Part shown: positions 11,967-24,157 of the stretch, in pieces
How positions within the stretch are numbered: position 1 is the stretch's first letter
Layout of the letters: each line of letters starts with the position of its first letter
Origin: Lytechinus pictus
Lineage: Eukaryota
Assembly: GCF_037042905.1 (NCBI RefSeq)
Contig: NC_087247.1
Span: 71,052,001 to 71,116,000 of the forward strand
Direction: 5' to 3'
Length of the DNA stretch: 64,000 bases
Program-made: the position numbers and the translations under genes
The notes under the pieces: model-generated
What the model saw: the letters and a program-made list of their open reading frames with translations, nothing else
Databases searched by the model: none
Told to the model about the DNA's origin: nothing

Positions 11967-14900
11967 CATACACCTCCCATCGCGTGTGCCACCGGTCCAA
12001 CATTGTAAGCTGATCGTTGAGATTCGGAATGAAAAATCTTTCTCACGGGTGCGGGACGAATAAGAAGTGCACTTTCTGGAAGGTTCACTAAAGACAATGA
12101 TTGAGTCGATATTGAGTGATATAGAGTATTTACCTTCCCAAATTGCATGGGATCTCTCGGTTAAATATGTGATAGGAAAAGAGAGCGAATAGAGCGGTGA
12201 TATCAAATGAAGGGGATGGTGGGTTTGGAGCAAACATTGGCTAGACCGTGCGCCTGGTTCGTCTAAATCTTATCTCCCAAACAGTACCGCTCATTTATTA
12301 CCTACCTTACCAATTTACCATTTATCCATTCAGTCAACATTTAATAGATCCCGTGTGACTAACCAAGCTTCTATGGGAAGTTTTTATTGGCCTTGTTGTA
12401 TTGTCCTACATTGAGATATTTTATTAAGTTAATGATTCCAGTTGGGAATTAATTTAGGTCATGAATTACGGACGATCAATCGCAGTTTAATAGTGTGGTA
12501 CCTAATTGGCAATATATAGGATAATTTGGCGACTTGTGGAAGGAGGGTGGCAAACTCTCTATCTAAACTGTTCAATGTGCCCAATACAGTGAATGATTCT
12601 TCTCTGACGTCATATATCATTTATGAGCCTGAAAATAAATCAACATTTTATCATATTGTGCGATACTTTGAGCTTGATTTAATGTTTGATGTTCTTATTA
12701 ATACAATTATTTCGCTCATTGCACCACACTCACAATACCCGAGATACAAATTGAAAAGTAGGCATAAAGGTGATACGAGGATAATCTTTCAGATTGGTAG
12801 CAATCTTTCAAGTTGAATGACTTCATGTTTCTTTTCGATTGATACCGATATCCCATTTATGCATTGGCCTATTCACCTCTTGGAGTGATACATTATTGAT
12901 GGTAGAATAAAGCGCAATTATTGAGAGGGTCTCTAGAGAGGTTCCCTGTTGGTATGCTGGTGGAACCGAGCGGGAAAGGCAATTCTCTAATTGATATGTA
13001 CTACGCCAGCAAAATGGGGTCAATGTCTAGCTTCACCTTTATAAGGAAAGATGAAATCATGCGGAAAAGAGACTTTGCTTGGGAGCTGTCGTTATAGATG
13101 AGGATCCAACTAAAGTTGTGCTTTGGGGTCGGTAGAACTATGTCGTCGCCTTGAAATGAAGTCAGTCGTAAAGTGGCTATCCAGATAATCTCTATTAAAT
13201 TTCATTTCAACCTATGTAACAATAGTAACATCGATTCAAAGGCATGTTGAATGCAACCTTATACCTCTAGTTGATGATATCAGCATATTCTTTGAATTTC
13301 AACGAATCTTCCTTCAATTCATATTTCATATTTTTTTATGTTATGTATAAATCTTTCTTAATCAATATTCGCCATCTAGGAGTAGGAATTATTAAACAAA
13401 AATGTATTTAAAAATTGTTGCTCCATCTTTGCACTAATCAACACAATCAATGCAAAGAATAAAATAAGAAAGTATTATATAATATATATATACATGTATA
13501 TATTTTTTTGGGGTGGTAGCTTTTTGGATTTTGTTGATTTGTGGAGACTCTATTCTCTTCTCAAATTCCAAAGTTCTTGACAATGCGAAAGATGAGTGAA
13601 AAAATTGAGTATTTCTTTATGTTTAATCTAGTTAGCCAAATAAAATGAATAAGTTAGGATTATTGGGGGGGGGGGGCAAAAAAGAAATGACCAGACAAAG
13701 GCATCTTTTGTGAATGGGACACTGTATGACGTGAACCTTGCTGACCGCAAAGTATATGTATGCATAATATTAATAAGAAAGTCACCTGGGTGCTTCCTCA
13801 AGGGAATGTACTGGCTTGATGTTACACGGTATTTATGAGTGATTTGGTATGGAGTTCATCTTTGTGTGATGGGAGGGTATACAATTTTAATTAGTCCTCG
13901 TCTGTGTTAACGAGTGAATAGACAATCTCTTTTGAACCGTGCAGGGACTTATCCCCTCGACCTTCACTCCTGAAGAAACTTTCTTTCTATGAATAACACA
14001 ACCCTGTTGAGTCGTAAGTAAGTGAGATGATGAGGTCCTCTTTTATTAATGGTTAAGCATTTTTCTCATTTAGGCTTTGTGATGACAGGAAAATGTTAGA
14101 GGCGAGGAGAGATTTTGTCGTGAATAAAATCAAGGTTATGCATGAAGCTATCTCACTTCCTTTTTTATAACTTATTCTTCAGTTCATAACATTTCTGATT
14201 GAGCTTTGATATTTGAAGTTACCTGAAGTTTCTGGGTAGAGATCCAATCATTGCTGTTCATATGCCTTTGTACGCTGCAATGCATTTACTCTTACGATTC
14301 GAATAATGCATTTTCGTTTGCCATGTATGATTATTATTATCATATTAGGCACATGGGGATTGCTTGTAGTGTATTTCATTCATATCGAAAATTTATCCCG
14401 CCTGGAGACATAAGTCATTTCTGTGGAGAGTAATGAATGGTGACACGAGAAGCCAAAGGCTAGAGAGAATATTTTCTTGGTATCGATGAAGAGGTTTACA
14501 GAAATCGAAACAAACATTGACTGAAATGGAAGTTGAGTGGAGGTTGCCCGGGAGCGGTCGCATGGGGGCTCTCTTCTCATTTGCAATACGAGACAAACTG
14601 TGAATCCAAGGTCTCAGAAGACAAACCTTAATCTACAGTCTTTCTTATATATAGGCATTTTATTTCAATAATAAGCATAATAAAAATGTGGTCCCAGGAA
14701 TGAGAAGTATAATTATATCACCATGTTTTTAAATATTTCTTAAAGGAACACTTTCTTGCCAAATAGTGTTCACAAATGTCATCACACATGTTGACGAATA
14801 CATTTATAATTTCTGTTCACGTCAGACAAACTTTGTGGACTAAAGCATTAGATGTTACCCATTGTATAAATTTATTCTTGGATATTTTTATAGATTTAAA

Positions 14901-17712
14901 CCTGATTTGAATGTATGCCGACGGATCACTTTTTCACGTTTATATGTATTTAGTTTATCCTCTACTTAAATTTTCGAATTGAATGTGCGTCATTCCGAAC
15001 GTCACGAGATATAATTGCAAAATGATATTGTATCTGGAATGTAATGAGAAGAAGCTATCATGAAGTCATCGAATCATAAATCCCGGTCGTTATCAATAAC
15101 CAGCATATTTTCTCAACTTCATTTATCCACGGAGGATAAATAAATGCGAGCTTCATGCCATGTGGTGTAGTCAAAGAGATGTAGGGAAAAGAATGGATAT
15201 AGACAGGACTATAATATTTACTGAGTTAACATAACGCCATGCAATAACCTGGCTGCTAAGAAGACAGCACAGTTCATTCGATATTGCCTGGCTTCCTCTA
15301 ACAAACCTACTGTATTTATATGTAGTTCCTTCTATATAGATTTGATATGTTGATCTCTCTTTCTCCTTCTCAGGTGTTTGGAATGAGCGGCTATATTGGG
15401 TGACATATCATTTATGATATTAGTGCAAAGAGTTCGCTGAAGAAGAGAGAGTAGGGAAGTAGATAAAAGTGAGAGACAGAAGAGAAAGAGATAGAGGAGG
15501 GGATGATAAGGCAGAGCATATTATATTACTGAACCGTATTGATACTTCACTGAAATAAATAAAAATACATTGTCAAATAAAAAAAGAGTCGTCTTCGCAT
15601 GTTAAAAAAAAAATTTGGGGGAAAATAGCATTTAAACGTGTTCCAATAAAAAAATCGTGACCTTGACTTTTTATGTTCACTTAATGCTTCCAAATATTTA
15701 AACTTCCACAGATTTTTTCAAAAAATCTGATTAAACATAATCATTCTTATTCAATATCACCCACAGTGACTATTATGAAAGCGTTTTGTTAGATCGCCTG
15801 TTAAAAATTCCCTTGTTAAAACCACCGAAATGTTTTGCGTGCTGTCTTTTAGCATGCTTATCAAGCCCATTTTGTCACGCACGTTTCGACTTTCTTACCT
15901 CGGAGATGCATAATTGATGATGCGAAAAAGGACTAAAATAAGAAAAGAGAGTTGAAGCAGCGAGGCTAACTAGCCCCCTTTTCTATTAGCTCACATCTCA
16001 GGTAAGACACGTGTTACCCTCGGGTTATTCTAGGAGAGCTGCTGCATCGTCTGCATGGTCAGGGACGGTTCAGTCTTTTGGGCTCTTAAAGAAATCTGTT
16101 GAGGCACTGTTTTTAAGAGTTAAACATGATTTCAATCCCTGTTCTCTTGGTTGTTGACAGGTTATGGCAGAGATAGTGAAGGTATTAAAAGAAAAAAAGA
16201 TTTTTCAAAGCCATATTAAAAAAATGCTTATTTTACTGCAAAGTATGCATGTAGATTGAGATCGAGGGATGGACATAGAAAAAAGCCCCATTAATGACCC
16301 CCCCAAAACACACATAATTATGAAAATAAAGAAAATTAGAACATATAAATGGGACTTTAACGCAGCTTCACAATCGCTTAATCTCTAACTTTATTAGACC
16401 TATATATAGTCTATATAAATAGCGGCCACGATATGCACCAAGAACCCTTATTGTGATCCAATTATTACATCGCTTAACCATTTTAACGCAATTATATGTT
16501 TATGAATGGGCAAGCAATTGAATTAGATAGCCAGCCCTCATTTGATCAGATAACAGCTTGAGGAGCTATCATGGTGTTGAACACGTGATAAATTCAAGTC
16601 CTTAATTCATCCAGGTTGTTTACTACTGATTTACCGGTTGCTGTGGAAAAGAGACGGCAAGAATTTGATCCTGTTAAGTGCAGATTGTAAATCATTTGAA
16701 AACTCATTCTGAGTTATAGCTTTAACGAGACACGTCCGCCCAGATGCCCATGTCATTTCAGATTAAACATCTAGTAATCATATTTTCTACGTCATCATGA
16801 TCTTAAAAGAAATATACGATGGGTTACAACATTTAATCCTTTTATTTGACGTTTTTGCTATAAGTTTTAACCTATCCAAATGTAATTATGCAGAAAGAGA
16901 AGAGAGAGTTTATGGAAGAGTGAGAAACTCTTGAAACGTTTTTGATAATCACTTGTTATTACTTGGTTAATAGCCAGTTTCCGTTTATTCTGGTGGTCTT
17001 TATCAGCCCTCTTTACTGTAATCTAAAATTGAAGTATGTGTAGAACCACTTCATAAAATAATTTCTAAAAAATCATAGAGTACATATCATATCTAGGTGT
17101 ATGGGGTGATGAAAATTATGTGCTGAACGACTGACGTCCGGATTATGTTAGGATTAAGAATTGGTGGAAAGTGGAACCTTTCATGAGGTACAAACACACG
17201 TGATCATAAATCAGTAAATTAGCATTTCTGTCAGACATATTTTAAAGCATGCAACCCATCAATGTCATGATCTACACCGGTTTATGAATAGACGAACATG
17301 TCGAAACATCTGTTTCTATCTCCGGTTTTTGACGACCCGTAGTGTGAAAGAAAATAGACAGACAAAATGACACATAGCATAGAAAATGGTTATCAAGATA
17401 TTTTTTTTATTGATATATAGAAAATATAGTACCATGTTTTCATGCTCAAACTTGAGGTTACCAAAATAATGATTATGATAAAATTGTATGTGTGTGTTTG
17501 TTTATTTTTTTTTGGGGGGGGGATTCATAAATAGTGGTCTGTTTGTATAGGGAAGCGAATAAGGATATATAAAAGTTTGATAAAGCTAAGAGTAATTTTC
17601 TTACAGGATGTACGTACGTTATATAGCCTAGAAGCAACTCCCATTTATAGTTCAAGTTTTGTATGCGAATGTGCATTGAAAGGTACCTACCTCTGAGTGA
17701 TTGCCAGTTTTC

Positions 17713-17772
17713 CGTAGACGCACATCACACTTTGTCGCACCGCGGTGCGACAAAGTGGGATGTGCGTCTACG
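17713..17772. repeat. 60-bp spacerless palindrome (1 mismatch)
   Basis: CGTAGACGCACATCACACTTTGTCGCACCG|CGGTGCGACAAAGTGGGATGTGCGTCTACG. Confidence 0.92.
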
Positions 17773-19594
17773 CAGTAGATATCTCTTGAAGATATGAACT
17801 CACTTTCTCGAGTTATTGAGAGTTGTTTTTCTTTTATTTAAGGAAAGTTATACTAATTTGAATAATTAGAAATAAATCATATCTGACTTGACTTTGGGTC
17901 TCAGTTGACAATGTTTTAAGTATTAGTGCCATATTATGTATTGTTGTTGACCCTTTTCAGCAAATTTAACATCTAAGCTCTTCTCTAAGACATAATTTTT
18001 TTAATCGTGACCAATGACACTACAGAATCGATTATTTTAGATGTTATAATCATACTTGTCTACACGTCTCCAATGTCCAGGTGATATTTAAACAGTATTG
18101 GAACATACATAGGAGTAAATAGCAGAGGCTACGTGAATATTGGCTCAGACAGCGTGCATGTGTGCACTGGCCGAGAATTGGAATGGCCGTATTCTAACTG
18201 GACAACTCACTGATTGAATGTTGAATTTATTCATGGGGTTCAATCTCATGTTTGTGTGTTCTTGTCAGATTGCAGAATACGATCACTTATAATCGAATTC
18301 AGTCGAAACTACACAAGGTGTGAGAGCTGTCAGTCATTGAATAAGAAAGTGGTTTTATTGGGTCACCTCTTCCTGGCTATTCTCAGAAGAGAGAAAGAAA
18401 AGGAGAAGAGGAAGATGTAGGGACAGGGGGGTAGATTAATGTGGAAGAAAGGTTTTGGAATGATCGACACGGATTCTTTTGGTGGGGTATGTAAACAGCT
18501 GAATTTCCCAAATGCTCTAGGTTTAGAGGCAGCTGAGAATGTCTATTTCAGTGGTTTCCTGTCTCCTCAGTACCTTCAAATGGAATGATATGGGTGTGTG
18601 TTATAGTACAGCAACATGTTTCTATACCAAATATGGGCAAAATGGAAGGATCGTGAAGGGGTGTGATGTGGTCTTTGTAGGGAGTAACCTAGTATAGAAC
18701 GCTAAGGCCGGGAAGGAAGGGCGAAAAAAAAAAAAGGGGGGGGGAATTGGAGAAGAGGGTCGACTTGGCCTAAGTAATAAATCATCAAAACTTAAAGAGA
18801 TGATCAACATACCCTTTTTATACTAAAAGCCCCTATAGATGATATTTAATCATAAATCTTGATATTTTAGAATAGCACTTGAAATTAAAAAAGGGAGACA
18901 CTTAACCGTGAGACATAATATTGTTTTATAGAGTTCTGTCAAAATACAACAATCGATTTCAGTGCTTTTATTTTCCTGCGTTTAAACGGATACCACTTAA
19001 GTAGTATGTGAAGAAATGTTGTTTTCATTTGATAGTTTCATGCCTTCCGTGATTAGCAACTAGCATAATTCATCGATCACGACACACAGAAATAAGTTAC
19101 CGCGTACCTCACTCTTACTGTATACACTTTCTTAAAAAGAAATGACACTCATATCATTTTAAATATCTGTCTTGTTTACTCTTCAATACTTTCTTCGTAT
19201 TCTTCTCTCCTATACCTTGAAATAAAAACCAAGTCTTATACGGAAGGATACTGGAGATGACCACATAAATGAGGGATTGAATGAATGAGCCACGGGGGAC
19301 TAAGTAAACCACCCCCTTGGGGCGTTTTTGGTAAATGTGAAGGAGACCACTTGTGTTTCTCCGCTCAAATCTATTCCGTCATACCCTCGTGAGTCTTTAC
19401 ACGGTCCTTTCATAAAACACTCTTGACTACGCGACATGCATAAAATCAGCTGGTATACCATATCGAATCTATGTCGGGGTAAAGGATGCAGGAGACATGT
19501 AACCACAGAGAAAGAGAAAAACAGAAAATATGATGTTTTTTTAATTGGTTTAAATACCCCGAAATGTCAATATGATTACATAAAATATGTATTT

Positions 19595-21184
19595 AGTGCG
19601 TCCCAGAAAAAACGAAACCGAGATTCAGTGTAATTTTTTACTATCATGAACATAAATTTGCTTCATGAAATGTACATGAACGGAAAGATAATATGCTTCT
19701 TTTCTTTTATTTGAAGCCCATTTCAACATTCATAATGCATGCATGACTGAGTTACAACAATGGAAAGTACATAGTGTTACCAAAGGATTTGAGTTAGTTT
19801 TGTTTTCGCTTTTAATCCCGTCTATTCGCAAAACAAAGTTAATGACTTAAATATGCATCTTTTTTTTTCTTTCATAATATGAGACATCATGCGTTAAATA
19901 TGATTGACGCATAGTTGAGAAAAAGTTGCCTGAAAACACGCTCGATTCCTACCTATTCGACAGATCGTTGAAAAACGAGTATTTCGTTTTCCCAATAAAG
20001 CATCAGACAATGGGCTGACGGTGAATGGGTTAACTGTTCAGGCCGGGGTAGGAAAACCCTTTATTATTGTTGCAATAATAATAATTTTGATAATTACATG
20101 AAAACATGCTCAATTACTACCTATACGACGGATCGCTGAAAAACAAGCATTCGTTTTCCCAATAAAGTGGAAGACAATGGGCTAACGGTGAATGCTGTTG
20201 TAGATGTTTCATAAAGTGGTTGGAATAAGCTATGACACTGATTGGAGCCTAACGCCGTGGATTTTGTGAATGGGAATTCAATGTTGCAATAGTAATAATT
20301 TTTATAATTTTGTATCTCAAACTTCTTACATTTGCATTCTATCGCTACATTTTACAGGGTGTGTAGCGAAGCAGGAACAGGCTGCATCACCTTTTGCAAG
20401 TGCAGAGGAGAAGCCGTTTTTTTTTTGCTCGGAAGGTTTTTTTTTACGTGGGTCACCCCTATCCAACATGTCGCTGACCCTGCCTCATCAAGTAATTTCA
20501 AGCAACTTTTTACAAGTTTGAAAGAATCCAAACAACATAATTTTCAAGCCAACTGTAAGATCGCACTCACCGCGTATATTCTAGTCCATGATTGTCTTCC
20601 ACTTTATTGGGAAAACGAATGCTTGTTTTTCAGCGATCCGTCGTATAGGTAGTAATTGAGCATGTTTTCATGTAATTATCAAAATTATTATTATTGCAAC
20701 AATAAAGGGTTTTCCTACCCCGGCCTGAACAGTTAACCCATTCACCGTCAGCCCATTGTCTGATGCTTTATTGGGAAAACGAAATGCTCGTTTTTCAACG
20801 ATCTGTCGAATAGGTAGGAATCGAGCGTGTTTTCAGGCAACTTTTTCTCAACCATGCGTCAATCAAATTTAACGCGTGATGTCTCATATGAAAGAAGAAA
20901 AGATGGATATTTACGTTATGAACTTTGTTTTCCAAAGAGACAGCCCTAAAAACTAGAAAAACTAACTCAAAATCGCAACTTGCTTGTGCAAATGAAAATT
21001 TGATAACACCTTTCCATTGTTCTAACTCAGTCATGCATGCAATATGAACGTTAAGATGGACTTCAAATAAAAGAAGAGAAGCATAATTATATTTTCGTTC
21101 ATGTACATTACATGAAGCAAAATTATGATCATGATAGCAAAAAAAATACACTGAATCTCGATTTCGTTTTTTTTTCTGGGACGC
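19595..21184. mobile_element. 1.6-kb long-TIR non-autonomous DNA transposon (same termini as 5166-5984)
   Basis: Termini AGTGCGTCCCAGAAAAAACGAAACCGAGATTCAGTGTA / TACACTGAATCTCGATTTCGTTTTTTTTTCTGGGACGC; ~600-bp inverted arms (~19595-20190, ~20590-21184) around a ~400-bp spacer. Confidence 0.9.
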
Positions 21185-21267
21185 TTTTACCTTTTGTTGC
21201 GTTTATACCCGAAAAAATGCGGGCAATATAAATATAATTAGAAGCACTTCCACCCAGATGAATATAA

Positions 21268-21551
21268 TGATAATAATAAAAGGCATTTATATAGCGCCAT
21301 CTATCTAGAAATATTATATTCCGAGGCGCGATGTTATTATTATTATTACCCCGGCTTTAGCTCGAGCTGCCTTTCAGCGCTTATGCATTCAAGGAATCAA
21401 TCCTGCCGGGTATCCATTCACCTCACCTGGGTTGAGTGCAGCACTATGTGGATAAATTTCTTGCTGAAGGAACTTACGCCATGGCTGCGATTCGATCCCA
21501 CGACCCTCCGTTTCAAAGTCAGACGACTAATCCACTGGGCCACAACGCTCC
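21268..21551 (-). mobile_element. tRNA-derived SINE, apparently full length
   Basis: Minus strand: head GGAGCGTTGTGGCCCAGTGGATTAG (A box 21532-21542), B-box-like GGATCGAATCG (21488-21498), central GTGCTGCACTCAACCCAGGTGA domain, L2-type tail GGCGCTATATAAATGCC...(TAT)n. Confidence 0.88.
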
Positions 21552-22293
21552 ATATGATAATGATAGTCACTCATTTTAGACGATTATGTTTTGCAATATT
21601 ATGCAATATTATATGTTTCCCTGTATTAATCGCAATAAAACAGCCCTGAAAACCTACATAGGCCTACAGGCTTAGTTTGTTACCTTCCATTGCACTCCTT
21701 TATATAAAGCTGGATTATCAAGTTCAATGCTTAATTCAGAAACATGATGCGTAACCATGATCAACATTTATTTTACATGGCATGTGCATGGGTCATTGCA
21801 GGTATATTCTTTACATGAACCATTAATTATTTTAAGGTGAAGAAGAAAGTGGAATATCTCCTTATGTTAATTTTATTTGTGTGAATTAATTTTTATCATA
21901 CTGATGCCATAAAGATACATTGAAACAGTTTGATGTTTGAGTTACATGACAATAGAAGCTGTATGATATCCAATATGTATCAAAGTCAAGGATTAAGCAT
22001 GATGGCCGAATTGACTTCTGCATAATGCTTACATGGTTGATAATAATCATCATTTAGGGCTGATTTTCTGAAACAGATAATTATCATGAAAACACTTCTT
22101 ACAAGTTTGTGCCCCACAGTGTTCCTAAAGAACTGTACAGTTCCACTTTATCCCATACTAACTCTGATGTTTTAAAAGTGTGCCAAATATATTACCCAAC
22201 ATTTTGCTATTAGCATTCATGCCTGACACTATATTCTATCGCCATTACAAGGTTGTCTGTCAGCAATGATCAATCTTTCAAACCAGACAGAAT

Positions 22294-22785
22294 AATACAA
22301 GGCATAAGCGATGTTACGTCTCGCCCACTTGTGAAAATAACCAGAAATATCGCGATTCGCGACGTTACGCAACAGACTTGTAGTTGTACCAAAAGTTCAT
22401 TGTAAAATAACTGGGATGAAATAGTATTTGTCATAAGAGTCTTGCACGTAAACTTTAACGTTGTCCTCATAATAACATGCAGGTCTCCTAAGTATATCTA
22501 CAACCCAAGTTTGGATGAAAAGTGACTTACGGTTGCGGAGTTATGTGTCATAAGAGAGTCTTGCACGTAAACTTTAAAGTAGACCTGAACGTAAACTTTA
22601 TCGTTGACCTTAAAACGACCTTTGACCTTACCATGTGACCTGCGACTGCACCATAACATGCAGGTCCCCTAAGTACATGGTTGAAAAGTGACTTATTGTT
22701 GCAAAGTTTATGTGTCAAAATGTTTATGAAAGGACGGACGACATTTGGATAGTCTCGCCTTCACCTCTGGTGGGCGAGATAAAAA
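22294..22785. mobile_element. Helentron-associated non-autonomous element (HINE/DINE-1-like)
   Basis: Subterminal IR GTCTCGCCC (22318) / GGGCGAGAT (22772); terminal hairpin 22752-22780 followed by A run; internal tandem repeats (GTCATAAGAGTCTTGCACGTAAACTTTAA, ATAACATGCAGGTC), TGACCTTTGACC-type motifs and a GGACGGACG microsatellite remnant. Confidence 0.65.
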
Positions 22786-24157
22786 GGACAGTGCTACATT
22801 GCCAGTATTATGAATATGAATTCGTAAAAACTTGATTAAATTGATTGGTCTGTGTGATAATACTACACGGACTCATATCACTTTTTTATCCCCATTGTTG
22901 CATTCCTCCCGCTGTCATATTCGTCACCAGTTACAATTTTCGCTTAACTGCTTGACCTGCTGGCACAGAGGGAACGCTTTACTGGACATTGGTATTTTAA
23001 ATGCTCTTTAGTTAATGGAGTTTATGTTATAGGGCGCCTGCTTGGGCTATTGATTAATCGATATCAATGCTTGTTACTTTACGAAAAATAAAATCACGAG
23101 TGCCTCCCTCCCTTTTCCGCGTTCGCCTCTGAAAGGAAGCTGAATAGTTCATTGAACGATACTAAGATGGGATGTGGTGAAGAATGTGGTTGTATTGTAT
23201 GGATGAGTATGTCGTGTATTATAGTCAATGATTGATTCATGGTGCATTAAGGTCATGATTACACGCAAATTCACTTTCACAGCGAGAAAAGCAAAGTGCA
23301 GTTTACCTTCTTCAACTATATTTCAAAAATGTAACCATGCTATTAAATGATACAGTTCTTTAACCTTAATCCGTTCTCTGATTTCTTTATTCCATTGTCA
23401 AGTTCAAACTCTATGTCTCAATCAGTTAGTTTGGGTTTAATGATCGAGTGAGGTAAATTAGAATACAACGAGAGTGAGCTACATGTACACTCTATACGCG
23501 CCTATGGTATTACTATGCAATGTAGTTGACAAAGAGAAAAACAAGGGGACAAGATTAGCATATGTGTGTATTACAAGCTAAATAGAGAAGGAGGTAGGAC
23601 AAGAGAGAAAAGATGAGGATAAGGAGATGATAGCCGCAAGCTATGAATTATTATGCTAATTTGAGCAAGAGGAAAACATGGTAGAAATAGATGTAGAAGC
23701 ATAATCTAGCTTGTTCAACATGCAGAAGATATTGACCGGAATACGCCGCTGTATTGATCCCCATGCATTATGCTGCGTATGTTAATGTAGAGAAATGGAA
23801 TTTCCCCTTGCTTTATGTATATTCGCAAGAACTGTTTTTTGTATTAATGAATGAATTAGTATTTCCAATGATTGAATATAAGAAATGGGAATAGTCTTCA
23901 AGTCTTGAGGGGACATCGTCAGTATGTATTGAAAATTAAGATGATATAGCTTTACATTAACACCTGAGACCAACAAAGAATCATTTGAATTCAACGCATA
24001 ATGCTGCAAATAGATATCTTTTCTTTATCTTCAACATGTGAACATATGAATAACATGACTAGATATCGTTTTCAAGCATTAGTTTAGATGTTCACATTTT
24101 AAAAATACATCCCATGGATATTGGAATGAAAGAAATTGCGATATATTTATATATAAT

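Noticed and set aside
21480-21551. tRNA gene
   Set aside because: A/B boxes are present but continue into a SINE body and tail; no complete cloverleaf
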